The notes under the pieces are model-generated. The model was not told the origin of the DNA. It was given only the letters and a program-made list of their open reading frames with translations, and did no database searches. Made by a program: the position numbers and the translations under genes. A stretch of 64,000 nt of DNA from Octopus sinensis. Lineage: Eukaryota. This document shows positions 1 through 13,472 of the stretch, one piece after another. The stretch spans positions 100,998,001 to 101,062,000 of the forward strand of contig NC_042997.1 in the NCBI RefSeq assembly GCF_006345805.1. The letters run 5' to 3'. Numbering within the stretch: position 1 is the first letter of the stretch; each line of letters opens with the position of its first letter.

Positions 1-2671
1 ATAAACCTCCCTGCAACCAAGGGAATAGTGAAACAATGAATACAACTGAAAGCTCAACGGCTCAGAAGGTATGACAAAAGAATCAAATTTTATCGACAAA
101 ACAAGTTATTCAAGATCGACGCAAAGAAATTTTATAGGGAAATTGGCAAAAGCAAGATAGAAGTAAAGGAGCCACCTACGACTGAGGTAATTGAAGAGTT
201 CTGAAAAAAGATATAGAGCAACAAAAAAGAACATAATGCTAAAGCTGACTAGATAGAGCGTAAGAAAGTGAGACTGGATGAAGTTGAAGAGCAGAAATGG
301 GAGGCAATAGAAATAGAAGAGCTAAGATGTATTCTTAGGAAGTTTCACAAATGGAAAACCCCAGGACTGGACCAGATCCCTAAATTCTGGTTGAATTGTT
401 TGATAGAAGTGCACCAAAATTTCGCTGCATCTCTAACTGATGACATCCAGAACACGGAGCAAATACCTGCCTGGCTGACCGAAAGAACAATATACCTTCT
501 ACCAAAAAATGAAGACACGAAAAATCCAAAGAACTACCCACCAATAACATGTCTCAATACCGCCTACAAGATCCTCACATCAATACTAACTGACAGAATA
601 TACGCTTTCCTTGAACGGAACTCTCTCTTTACATAAACTCAAAAAGGTTGTAAAAGGAATTATTATGGATGCTAAGATCAATTACTCATATATAAAATGA
701 CCGTAGAGAATTGTAGGAGCGAAAAGAAGAACCTGAGTATGGAATGGATAGACTACAAGAAAGCGTTTGATAGTTCCCACATAATTGGTTACTCAAGGCC
801 CCATGAGATATATAAGATCTCTCCCGTCGTCTCCAAATTCATTCAAAGTAGCATGGTCAAGTGGAATATACGTCTCCCTCTACACCATTGTAATGGAATG
901 AGCCAATCTAACAACATCAAACGAGACATCTTTCAAGGTGACTCCCTCTCCCCATTACTCAAGGAATGGGTTCAAAGTTTATAATATTAAAGTAAACCAT
1001 CTGTTTAATATGGACGATCTGAAACTAGAAACGACGAAGAGGTAATAGGGCTGTTAACACCTGTTACAGATTTCAGCACAACACCAGGATGGATTTTGGC
1101 CTTGATAAGTGTGCTAAAGCAACCTTTGTAAGAGGCAAGGTCAAACAAACAGCGTCCATTATTATATACTGACATTACAATCAAGGAGCTTGACCCACAA
1201 GAAAATTACAACTACCTGGGATAAACGAAGGAGATGGTATACAACATGCTACTACGAAGGAAAAATAAGAAAGGGTTTTACAGGAGAGTAAGACTCATAC
1301 TAAAAACTGAGCCCAACTCGGAAAATCGCATCGAAGCCATTAACACCCTGGCATGTCTAGTAGTCCAATATAGTTTTAACATCATTAACAGGAATCTTAC
1401 AGAGCTCCAACGCTTGGACATGAAAGTGAGAAAACTGCTGACACCTAAGAACATGCAGCACCCAAAAGCAGGCGTTGATCGTCTGTACTACCTATAGGTA
1501 ATGAGAGAAGAGGAATAATGCAGGTAGAACTGTGGTATGAGATCTCCACAATAGCAATGAACAAGTACTTATCTAGTACAGGAAATTGGACGCCGCAGCT
1601 TGTGTGTGAACAAGAAAGCAGCAAAAAAATCACATTCTATTGTTAAGGAAGCTTGCAAATTTGCAAGGGAACCCAGCAATAACCCTGAATTAGATGAAGA
1701 ACCTGAAACCACTGCCACCGAACAAACAAAACCAAACAGACTACAAAAAAGAACGGGCAGAAAGAAACTGAGGAGTGTTGGAGCCAGAAGTCTCAGGTAT
1801 GGACAGTATATACCTCGAAGCCGAAATGCTGATGTAGACCAAACAACAACCCATTAGTGAGTGGTTGAGAAGCTCAGGACTGAAAGTTTCTTATTAGCGG
1901 TACAAAATCAAAGCTTGATTGCCAAAACATACAAGGATAATATTCTTAGAAACGATTCTAACCCGTTCTCATCTCAAGTGCAGATTCTGTGATACATTTG
2001 ATGAAACAATAGGCCATCTCATCTCGGGATGTCCTGTGCTGATGCCAAACGAATACAAAAATAGCCACGATAGAGTAGAACAGTATTGACATTGGAAAAT
2101 ATGTAAGCACTACAAAATTGGCAAGGCAAAAGTGTCACTATCCTCTGGGATTTTCCAGTCAACACCGACAGACCAATCCAGCCATATCGACCAGACATAG
2201 TCATTAAAGACTGGTAAGAAAATACTTGTAGAGTAATATTTGTAAATTTTCCCACCGGTAAAAATATATCTGTCAAGGCATTTGACAAATTAAGTAAATA
2301 TAAGGACCTGGAAATTGAAATACAAAAGATGTGGCATCTTAAAGCAAGAACTGTTACTGTTATTGTGGGTGCTCTAGGTATGATAAGAAATGGATGTCAA
2401 AAACAATCTAGATAACATCCCAGAATACCCATGTCTCAGAGAAATTCAAAAGATTGTGCTGACAAGTACTTCTCACATCTTTAGAAAAACCCTATCAATT
2501 TAAATGTCTGTGTTATATTAAATGAAGATATTTCGCTACGCCCCTGCCAACTCCCCTCCCCAAGCTTTCAGTCATACATCTCTTATCCTTCATTCGCCCC
2601 AGGACGCTGGATGTGTCTCGGTAATTGATTGGAACAAACATGCTGATCAGGAGTAAGTAAATAAGTAAGTA
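1..2671 (+). mobile_element. R4/Dong-like RLE non-LTR retrotransposon, decayed, 5' end outside window
   Basis: RT motifs PITCLNT.YK, WIDYKKAFDS, IFQGDSLSPL, NMDDLKL (~1010-1025). CCHC finger KCRFC..ETIGHLISGC (~1977-2035). RLE motif RPDIVIKD (~2190). Stop at 2501-2503, then a short 3'UTR and (TAA)n. Many stops and frameshifts. Confidence 0.9.
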
Positions 2672-2696
2672 AATAATAATAATAATAATAATAATA

Positions 2697-2765
<69 letters not shown>

Positions 2766-2827
2766 ATAATAATAATAATAATAATAATAATATAATAATA
2801 ATAATAGTAATAGTAATAATAATAATA

Positions 2828-2862
<35 letters not shown>

Positions 2863-2952
2863 TAATAATAATAATAATGATGATGATGATGATGATAATA
2901 ATAATAATATAATAATAATAATAATAATATAATAATAATAATAATAATAGTA

Positions 2953-3001
<49 letters not shown>

Positions 3002-3017
3002 TAATAATAATAATAAA
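2672..3017 (+). repeat. Compound (TAA)n/(TGA)n microsatellite
   Basis: Direct inspection; it separates two R4-like elements. Confidence 0.98.
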
Positions 3018-3421
3018 GCTAACAGGTCAGATATAGTTATCAGAGATCACCAAAAGAATAAAAATGTTTTCTAATCGATATATGACAACGTTTCTCTTAA
3101 AGTAACGGAGAAACTTTCAAAAGACAAAGATCTGGAAATAGAGATAACTCGGATGTGGAGTCTAAAAATAGAAACAATTCCTATCATAGTAATAGCATTA
3201 TGTATGATAAAATAAATATTCAGACAAATACATAACAAAAACACCAGGACTAACAAGTATATATACCATACACAAATAGCACTTCTAGGCACCGCACACA
3301 TCCTACGTAAAACACTTTCAATACAGTGAAAATAAGAGCATTACAACAAACCACAGCACATACCCAAGGCATACAGTTGCACTCGGTAGTGCAGTGAAAG
3401 CACATGATAAAAATAAGATTA

Positions 3422-3423
<2 letters not shown>
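3018..3423 (+). mobile_element. 5'-truncated R4/Dong-like LINE 3' end (RLE C-terminus + 3'UTR)
   Basis: ANRSDIVIRDH...KDKDLEIEITRMWSLK...ALLGTAHILRKTLSIQ*, followed by (TAA)n at 3424-3536. Confidence 0.85.
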
Positions 3424-3485
<62 letters not shown>

Positions 3486-3494
3486 GTGATGATG

Positions 3495-3537
<43 letters not shown>

Positions 3538-4641
3538 CTTAAAAATCATCATTGTTTTGAACTGCAAGCGTTCTTCACAGAGTTCTTGAAGCATGATCAG
3601 TAAAAAAATGTTACCGTAGTCTGTTGTCTGTGGGCAGTTGACATTTTCCATCATACCTAGCAAAATAAAGCTGAGATTTTTCACAAAAAAAAAATAATAA
3701 TGATAAAAATAATAATATTATTAATAACGATAATACTAATAATACAGCATGTGGTTTGAGAATATACATTTGAAATTTGGGAAAATGCAGGCATGGATAT
3801 CTGAAATTTTAATTTATAAAATCGATGAGGCAAATTTTACATAAAATGTGTTTGTGAGTATACACACATATTTTCGGTTTTACAAAATCAATTGGGTAAT
3901 GTGTTGTAGAAAGCATTCGTATTTGGTTGCTTCACAAAATCAGTTACATAATGTGTTGTAAGGAAAGTATTATTAACATTAGTTTGGAAAGAAAAAGAGA
4001 TAAGGTAATTTTATGATTGTTTCGACTGGAACGTGCTTCGTTTTAAAACAAGTGGAATGAAAGTAGTTCAATGCAAAAAATAATTTGAAATAAATTATTT
4101 TTTTTATTGGATGTTTTAATTTAGCGCCACATCTGAACTAATGGACCATAGCGCAGAAGTAAATAAAAGTTAACATACATCTTTTCAATCAAGTAGACAT
4201 CCCTTAAATGTTCTTAATTCAACTTAACGTGCCTCTTGACTTGAGAAAGCGGAGAGTTTAATCTTTCCTGTGCTGTTGTTTGGTCGTGACTGTGTTAAAA
4301 TCGGCAGGAATAGTCTGTTGGTAGATTTGTCTGGTGTTGATTGAAGTGAGCCAAAAGCCAGTCGTGTATTTTGTTTACAGTAGAAAACAATAACAACAAC
4401 AACAACGACAACAACAAACCATTAACTAATTGTTTAAAGGGCAGTCATGGTAAGAGCGAACAGCAAACTAGTGAGCGAAAGACAGTCATACATACATATC
4501 TACATACACACAAATTCACCCCGCCACACACCATATACATGTATTTAATCATTAATCTAAGTATATACACATATAAAAAGCTCTACACGTTCAAATACGA
4601 ACCACTCGCATATAAACACAGTTCAGTTCTATCTGTACATA

Positions 4642-6177
4642 CAGTCTTGTCCAAAAGTATTAAGCCACCTCAATGTTTTGGAGTTCTGCTATGTCAATGT
4701 TAATGAAACTCGTGCACATGATAGATTATGGTATATTTCACAATATACATTATTAGTTTTAATATCTGGTTGAACCTCCTTTAGCATCAATTACCACTTT
4801 TATACTGTACTGTACATATGTAACCAATTATGAGTAAGACCAACGTCCAAAATTAACTTATGTTTCCTTGATTATTTCAAAGTTTTATGCTAAAATACGT
4901 TGTAGATACAGTTAATAAACAGTAAAATGCCTAAAACAAGGGAGTTGAGTGACTGTGAGCGAGGTCAAATCGTAAGCTCATCATAAAGATGGAATGTTTC
5001 AAAGGCAAATTGCTCAGATGAAATGTTCTCGATGTGCGGTGCAAACGATTCTCAAGCGCTTCAGAGAGACAAAGGATGTGAAGATTATACAAAGAACAGG
5101 TAGAAAAAAGGTTACATCATCTCATGATGTCAGATCCATCATCCATCAGCCGCCCAGAAACAGAAGAAAAACATCGTCGGAGGTCTGTGCAGACTTCAGC
5201 GAAGCAAGTACTCCACAAATATCAACCAGAACTGTTAGAAGAAGGCTTGTAGAGTACGGTCTGAAAGGCTGTAAAGCCAGGAAGAAGCCATGGGTTTCTG
5301 AAGCGAATATGGAAAAACGTCTTCAGTGGGCCAAAAATCACTCAAATTGAACCAGTGAGCAATAGTCGAAAGTCATATGGTCTGATGAAAGTAACCATGA
5401 GGTAAGATAGTACATGTATTCAATCAACATATAAACTTAAAGGTTTGTTGCCTAAATTATATACCAAAATGTATCGAACATAAAGCTAATATTACTTTTC
5501 ATATTTTTACCCAGGTTTTCAGTACATCTGGTGCAACTTTCGTGCGACGCAGAGTTGGGGAAGCATTTAAGGCTGAATGTCTGGTACCAACCTTAAAACA
5601 TGGGGGTGGTTCTATCATGGTGTGGGCTTTCATGTCTGCCACAGGACCCGGAGAAATGTTTTTAAGTCAGGGAAGGATGAATTTAGCTACCTATGTTTTC
5701 TATGCTATCGGCTGTTTTAGAGCCATCAATTGCTAAGTTGCATCCAGGAGTGTCGAAAAACTGTTATCTTTCAACAGGACAACGCTCCATGTCATACAGC
5801 AAAAAATACTCGTAAATGGTTTGAGACACAGGGCATTGTTCCCATGGACTGGCCAGCTCAAAGTCCCGATCTAAATCCGATCGAACACCTATGGGAACTC
5901 TTGGTGAAGCTATCAGGAAAACAACAATTAGAAATAAAGAGCATTTGTACCAAGTGTTGAGAGGAGAATGGAGTAAAATTGCGCCCGGCACCTGCAAGAA
6001 ACTAGTTGATTTAATGCTTAACCGAATAAAAGCGGTAACTGATGCTAAAGAAGAGTCAACTAGATATTAAAACTAATGTATGTTGTGAAATATACCATAA
6101 TCTACCATGTGCACGAGTTTCATTGACACTGAGATAGCAGAACCTCAAAACATTGAGGTAGCTTTTGGCCAAGGCTA
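4642..6177 (+). mobile_element. Tc1-family DNA transposon (DD34E), inactive
   Basis: TIRs of ~110-120 bp (4642-4760 / 6069-6177), TA on both flanks. Transposase from ATG 4927 (MPKTRELS) to TRY* at 6070. Motifs WSDES, FQQDNAPCH, WPAQSPDLNPIEHLW with 34 residues between D and E. Frameshifts and stops present. Confidence 0.95.
5402..5514 (+). other. GT-AG intron in the Tc1 transposase
   Basis: GAG|GTAAGA donor, CTAAT branch-like motif near 5486, pyrimidine-rich tract, CCAG acceptor. Removing it joins WSDESNHE to VFSTSGATFVRRRVGE in frame (phase 0). Confidence 0.85.
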
Positions 6178-6399
6178 TAAACAACATAAAAAAAAAACAA
6201 AACAAAATAAAACAAGACAAAAAAACATACTCACCCAGCCCGAAAAAAATTCCAGCTGTAAATTCTGAGATAGTTGCCAGTTTAGATTTAAGTAGAATTA
6301 AGAGATTTAGTGGTAGATTTAGGTATTAGGACGTGATGTTCATATATCAGACATATTCATATATCAGTCTAGTTCATAAGATAAACATATTAATAATAA

Positions 6400-6671
6400 T
6401 AATGGTTTCAAATTTTGCCACGAGGGCAGCAATTTTGGGGGAGGAGACTAGTCGATTACATCACAGAGAGAGGACAAACAAAGACAGACAAACGGATTAA
6501 GTCGATTACATCAACCCCAGTGCATAACTGGTACTTATTTAATCGACCCCGAAAGGATGAAAGGCAAAGTCGACCTCGGCGGAATTTGAACTCAGAACGT
6601 CAAGACGGACGAAATGCCGGCCAGCATTTTGCCAGGTGCACTAACGATTCTGCCAGCTCGCCGCCTTCGTC

Positions 6672-6737
<66 letters not shown>

Positions 6738-8380
6738 TATACTATGTATACTATGTATACTATGAGTTTCTTTGCCCTAGGAGTCGGGAAGACACTCGGC
6801 AAGAAATGGAAGCAAATTTGAAAGAAGAAAAAGAAAGTAATAATGATAATAATAATAATAATGGTTTCAAATTTTGGCACAAGCCAGCAATTTCGGGGCC
6901 GGTGTAAGTCGACCCCAGTGCTCAAAGTCTAAAGGATGATAGGCAAAGTCAACCTCAGTGGAGTTTGAACTCAGAATGTAAAGGCGGACGGAATGCCGCT
7001 AAGCATTCTGTCTGGCATGCTAACAGTTCTGCTAGGTCCCTACCTTTAGAAAATAAACAGTACTGGAATATTGGAGTTCATCTCCCATCTAGTAATGGAC
7101 ATTTTCAGTGTGCGATTGATACTTATCTTGTTACCTTGCTGTCATCTAGAGATCACGGGAAAATTGGGGCTTATATTGTAAATGCGGAGAAAGTTTTTTC
7201 TTATCCCAAGGTTGTTAGCATCTAAACCTCAATTTTATTTTATTATTAATAGGTTTATTTATACGTATGGGTATGTGTTTATAGTTGCTGTTTAAACATC
7301 TTATAAATATTTTATTCCATTTATGAATATTTTGTATTGATCTAGTTTCATTCTCCAGAAAACAATTAAATTTTCCACGGGTGTACACAGCTTTTTGTTG
7401 TTAGTTAATTTATTTAAAACAAATTCATGACATTCGCCAATGAAACAAGATCAATACGTTAGAATTATGTAACATACGTTAGAATTTATATAACATAAAA
7501 GAAATTATCTACAATAAAATTATTTTAGATAATTTTTTTTAATGTTATATAAATCGACTTCGGCAGAATTTGAACTCAAAACATAAAGACAGACGAAATG
7601 ATACTGGGCATTTTGTCCAGCCAGCTAGTCGCCATAATAGTAATAATAATCCTTTCCACTATATGTACTCAGAATGTAACGGCAGATGAAATACCTATTT
7701 CTTTACTACCCACAAAGGGCTAAATACAGAGAGGACAAACAAGGACAGACAAACGGATTAAGTCGATTATATCGACCCCAGTGCGTAACTGGTACTTAAT
7801 TAATCGACCCTGAAAGGATGAAAGGCTAAGTCGACCTCGGCGGAATTTGAACTCAGAACGTAGCGGCAGATGAAATACCGCTAAGCATTTCGCCCGGCGC
7901 GCTAACGTTTCTGCCAGCTCGCCGCTTTATGGTAATAATAACAATCGTTTGAAATTCTAGCACAAAGCCAGCAAGATTAGGGGAGGGGAAGTCGATTACA
8001 TCGACCCCTGTGCTCTGCTGGTGCCTATTTTATCGATCCCGAAAGAATGAAAGATAAAGTTGACCTCCGTGGAATTTGAATTCACTCCGTAAAGACGGGT
8101 GGAATGCTGCTAAGCATTTTTCCCGGCGTGCTAGCGACTCTGCCAACTCAACGCCTTTTTAAGAATGGTTTTAAATTTTGGCGCAGGGCCAGTAAGTTCG
8201 GAGGAAGGGATAAATCAATTTCATCGAACCCAGTGCTCAACTGGTACTTATTTTATCGATCTCGAAAAGATGACAGACAAAATTGACCTTGGCGGAATTT
8301 GAACTTGGAACATAAAGATAGACGAAATGCCGCTAAGCATTTTGTCCGACATACTAACGATTCTGTCAGCTAGCCGCCTT
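6400..8380 (-). mobile_element. Cluster of tRNA-derived SINEs (family A), at least 6 co-oriented units
   Basis: Repeated GGCGGCGAGCTGGCAGAA...GTTCAAATTCC(B box)...GTCGACTTTGCCTTTCATCC on the minus strand, interspersed with (TAA)n. Confidence 0.9.
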
Positions 8381-8439
8381 AATAGTAATAAAAATAATAA
8401 TGTAGGGGAACAATTTTGAACATAATTTCAGTTGAGTTT

Positions 8440-9600
8440 TCTGTTTCACTGGTTGATTGCAAAACTATAGTCAGTTTTCTTATATCACGTCAAGTTTTAT
8501 TTTTATCAACAACTTATTCTCTGAATGAGTACAATTGTAATGCTCACCCGTAAGAAATGAGGCTGGTCAACTGCTTTTATTATTTTATTGATAACACTAG
8601 GGAATATTCTTGAAAATAGTTCTAGTTGTCTTGCTTTTTACAATTAGTCCGACCTAATTCGATGGTGCTGGGTTCAGAAATGTCCTCAGAAATTTTCGAT
8701 CACGTCAAGCTTTCTGCTAAACAAGAATTCATTTTTTTACTGAAAAATGTCAATTTTGCCTTTAAATGTAATACTGAAATAAGAAACTAATACAAACCAA
8801 ATAGTACTTTTTATTCTTTAACAAATATATTACATAAAATGTTTAGTTACACATCTTAAGATAGATATTTCTGTCAAACTTGAGTTTCAGCTACTCAAGA
8901 AGTGAACTTTCTCTTTGCAGCTTTGCATGAATAACTTGCATCACAACAATCTCTTTGCAGAAACCTACAGAAGTCAGCCATCATGTTATATTCCACCTGT
9001 CTTGATACCTAGGCTCCATGGCGTTGATGTCTTGGTAGAATCTTTCTCCTAGCTCATCATTTATTGACTTATGATTTTCAAGGAAGTAGTCCAGATGACT
9101 GGGCAGAAAATGCACTTTAACGCTTGAGTTGCAGTCCAGTGCTCAAAAACTGGTCAATAGAATCTGCATAATTTATTCATACTTTGATGATATCCTATTT
9201 TCCAGGAAATCAGACACATCTGCAGCAAAAAGCATTCCATACTTCTTTTTCAGCGACAGACATAGGTTTCAAAAACTGTTCGTTCTACAATAGCCACCTA
9301 ATCTGTGGCCTATCAAACACACCAACCTTAATTTTCTCGTAAGACAAAGCTGGAAACTTTCTACTTATATATTCGAAGCAGTCACTGACTCAGTGTATCA
9401 ACATGTGTTTTACACACTGTATGGGGTGACCAGGTTTTGTTTTGATCACAGTTTGGAGCCAAAGTAAGTAAGATAAAGTTTCGTCACAAAATCTGTGATT
9501 TTGTTTCGCATAAATGCAAGTAAAGTGCAACGTCCACAAACAGAGCAGAAGACATCGAGCTGTTTTCTCCTCTCAGAACTGGCTATATTTCTGAAATAGA
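8440..9600 (-). mobile_element. Chapaev3-like transposase relic (C-terminal part)
   Basis: Minus-strand KEVWNAF..DVSDFLEN...LDCNSSVKVHFLPSHLDYFLEN...ELGERFYQDINAMEPRYQDRWN..MMADFC. It matches from memory the GCNMSxKxHFLHSHLDxFPENLG...GERFHQD signature; the family name is my recollection. Confidence 0.65.
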
Positions 9601-9631
9601 AAGTATATATCCAAGCCGGTAGTCATTGTTT

Positions 9632-9895
9632 TATTCTGGTACAAAAGAAGGGCTACAGCAGATATTCTGCTCATTACCACAGCTTTGCTTGTCAGTTGTT
9701 TGACCGTAACCAGTTGAACATGTCTTTTGATGGCTGACGATATACGCATCTCCTGTCACGATATACGCATCTCTTATCACGATATACGTATCTCTTATCA
9801 CGAGCAGAAGTAGTGGGGGAGCAGCATAGCTATGTGTTGAGAGGAATTCTTTGGAGTTTGAATAATTCACCTCTGGAAACATGGATGTTCATCGT
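9632..9895 (+). mobile_element. 5' half of the non-coding TAA-associated passenger element
   Basis: Reverse-complement match to ~50400-50645, with a local ~21-bp triplication at 9738-9800. Confidence 0.8.
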
Positions 9896-9899
9896 CCAA

Positions 9900-11060
9900 G
9901 ATATGACAAAGAAAGGAGATTCTGTTATCGGTTGGATAGATACTAAAAACATAGGAGGCACAAACATATTGATATATACAGGAAGGGTAGCAGTTACTAG
10001 AAGATTAGATATTCCACAAGGAAACATTTTAAAATTAAAAAAAAAGCAAATGTGGAAAAGGAAATTACAAAATAAAGTGAAAAGATCTGAGTAGAATAGA
10101 AGCCTGGGAAACTGAACAAGTTAGGAAACACAAGAGGCAAATCTTCTCTTGAGAAAATCTACTTAGTCAAAGAGAAAGGATTTGGGACAGTCATAGAAGA
10201 GTTGAAACAGCGTATCATAGCACTTGCAGGTAAGCTCTCCAGATATAAGAAAGAAATAGATCAGTATCAACATAATAGATTATTTGAGACAGAGCAGAGA
10301 TTTTATAACCAAATAAACAGTGGAGAACAAAGTACTGAAGATGAGAAACCTAATGCAGAAGAAGCTAGAATGGTCTGGGGTAATATTTGGGATAAATTAA
10401 TCAATCATAATGGAGTTGTAGTATGGTTAAAGAAAGTGAAGGAAGAAGTAGTGAGTGAGAAGCATCCAAATCTAAGACTAACTAGTGCATTAATACGTAA
10501 AGTTTTGGGGAAAATGTCGAATTGGAAGGGCCCAGAATCAGATTTAGTTCAAGGGTACTGGCTAAAGGAATTCAGTAGTTTATATAAGAGGCCGAGGGAA
10601 CAACTCCAGGATTGCCTTAATGGAGGAATAATAGCAGATTGGATGACAAGAAGGAAACAATAGTCCTTATGAAAAAGAAAAGCAAGAGTAATACTTTCAG
10701 GAAGCATTTACGACTACCTTGACCACCAGAATTTATTGCCAGAAGACCAGAAAGGTTGCAGGAACAAGGCTAGAGTAATGCATTATCTATTATACATAGA
10801 CAAAGCAGTTGTAAATGAAGTAAAAGCTAGAAAGAAAAACTAACAATAGCATGGATAGATTATAAGAAAGCCTATGATATGATACCGCACTCATGGATAA
10901 GTGAATATTTGAGTATATTCAGGAAAGCAGACAACATAATAGCATTAATTATCTTTAGCATAAAGAAACGGAAAGTAGATCTCTACTCAGGTGACAGCGA
11001 TTTAGGAAAAGTTAATATCAAGAGAGGAATTTTCCAGGGGGAATCGTTGTCCCCTTTTAT
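9900..11060 (+). mobile_element. R4/Dong-like LINE fragment (pre-RT + N-terminal half of RT)
   Basis: KQRIIALAGKLSRY...QHNRLFE, WKGPESD.VQGYWLK, QKGCR, AWIDYKKAYDMIPHSWI, GIFQGESLSPF, then truncated by AT-rich simple repeats. Confidence 0.88.
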
Positions 11061-11689
11061 ATTATATATTTTTATATTTTTACATATTTTTATATATATT
11101 TTTATATATTTTATTGCTTTATATATTTTTATATATTTTTTCTGTACATTACCTTTCACCCTGCATATTTGTGAATGTGCGTTTAGAGACGTGTACATGA
11201 GCATAATTGTGCGCGTATGGGTATATATACGTGTGTGTGTGAGGGTATGTATATGTGTACATGTCTATGGATGCATATATATGTATACATATAGGTGTGT
11301 GTGTGTGTGTGCATGTATGCGTTTCACGCGAGTATATATGCATATATGCACATGTACGTGGATGTGCGTGCGCGTATGTGTATGTATGTACATACGCGCA
11401 TACGCGGATTCTATGAGCGTGGGTTTACCTTCTTCGAGTATTTTTGCTTTCCCCTTGAGGTTTTTTCCCTTTATTTAACGGCCATTCTCATAGCTCTTTT
11501 GTTTGTCTTAATAACGGTCATCTTCATAGTAATTTCCCTTTATTTAACGGTCATTTTCATTGCATTTTTGTTTGTCTTAATAACTGACAAGATGACGGAG
11601 CAGAATTCCGCCCCAACATCCGAAACTCTGAGTTTTATTATGGCAACCGACTAATTGTCACATATTATATTATATATATATATTATATT

Positions 11690-11693
11690 ATAT

Positions 11694-11772
<79 letters not shown>

Positions 11773-11923
11773 TACGATTTTTCGTGAGTGTACTCAAAAT
11801 TTTTAGAAGAAAAATAGACAATTTCAGTGGATTTATTAGAAGTGCTATATACAAAACAATTTGTATGTAACAATATGTAGGACACACACACACACACACA
11901 CACACACAACACACACACACACA

Positions 11924-11961
<38 letters not shown>

Positions 11962-12040
11962 CCACACACACAGAGTGTCATATATACACAGTTATATTCA
12001 CGCACGCATATATATGTATGTTTATATGGATGCATCTAAA

Positions 12041-12115
<75 letters not shown>

Positions 12116-12166
12116 GTCTGTCTTCTGTCTGTCTATCTATCTGTCTGTCTGTCTGTCTGTCTGTCT
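11690..12166. repeat. (TA)n, (CA)n and (TATC/TGTC)n microsatellites
   Basis: Direct inspection. Confidence 0.97.
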
Positions 12167-13094
12167 AACTATCTTTATCAGTGTGTGCGGGACTTGTATA
12201 TAATGGACATATGTGTTCTGATTTATTCGTTTATCCGTAAAAAGTTTCTACGAATGGACCGTCTGCTTATGCCGAATAATCAATGATATATGAAGTTCCT
12301 TGCTAAACATATATTGTATTTCCTTGTTATGTCTCTATGTTGCTACGTCCAGGACTTTTTTACCCTTTGACCTCCTTGTTTTTTAAGTACATGGCAAGCA
12401 ATTTAATTTTTATGTCAGTGTAATTACTAAAATATACATTAAATCGTTTTCCATGTACTTCTAAAACAAGAGGACCAAAAAATATAAAGTGAAATTTGTA
12501 TAAGCTGGTATATTAAAATAATTCTAAATGCAATCTTTATTAAACATATCGAAAGTATGGTTTGAAGTTTGCTATCTTTGCTACATGGTGACTATTCAAG
12601 ATTTTGTTTCAGGCTATAGTTGCGTGTCTGTGCTTTATTACAACTTCAGTGTTTCTCTCAGATCACTATATTTGTTACTTCTAATTTAATATTCTTCTAT
12701 TTTATTTTAATCCAGAAATACTGAAAGACTGTTATAGCTGACCTTCATAGTCTTTTCATTGAAAGTTTTTTTTGGGGGACGTGTGTTTTTATGTTGATTG
12801 AAGAAAACTGTTCCTTCCACACATATCTAAATGCTCCAATTAAATAGGCTGGTACAGAAAGGATATCTTCTCGTTTGGCCTAGTTGAAACTTTATTGTTT
12901 TGGCACGTAATTCATTGTTCCCTTGTGCCTGTTAACTGAAATGATTTGTTACTAGAAATATATTGGCGTCATAAGAATTCATAAACTTTGAGAGAATATC
13001 AAATAGTTCTTTTCTGGAATAGTGAATCTCGAAACACACAAAACTATACTTAATAGCATGTAAATATTGGGTTAAAAATCCATTTGGATACAAA

Positions 13095-13114
13095 AGGTCG
13101 AAGGTTACCCACAA

Positions 13115-13163
<49 letters not shown>

Positions 13164-13191
13164 ATTATTATTATTATAATTATTATTATTA

Positions 13192-13243
<52 letters not shown>

Positions 13244-13337
13244 TTATTATCTTTTTTTTAAACAGTGGATCACTTCGAGATCCACTGCTTAAAAAAAGAA
13301 TTATACGCACTCTCATATATAGATACACACACACACA

Positions 13338-13370
<33 letters not shown>

Positions 13371-13436
13371 TCATACACACATACATTTATATATATGTAT
13401 ATGTCTGTGAGTGTGTGTGTGTGTATGTGTGTGTGT

Positions 13437-13470
<34 letters not shown>
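13095..13470. repeat. (TTA)n and (CA)n/(TG)n microsatellites
   Basis: Direct inspection. Confidence 0.97.

Positions 13471-13472
<2 letters not shown>

Noticed and set aside
2513-3684. Long ORFs rich in poly-L/I/Y/N
   Set aside because: Translations of (TAA)/(TGA) microsatellites. The same applies to the ORFs at 6.6, 11-14, 26, 30, 47, 58-60 and 62 kb.
11462-11585. ~71-bp tandem duplication as a functional repeat
   Set aside because: Two diverged copies only; consistent with ordinary local duplication.
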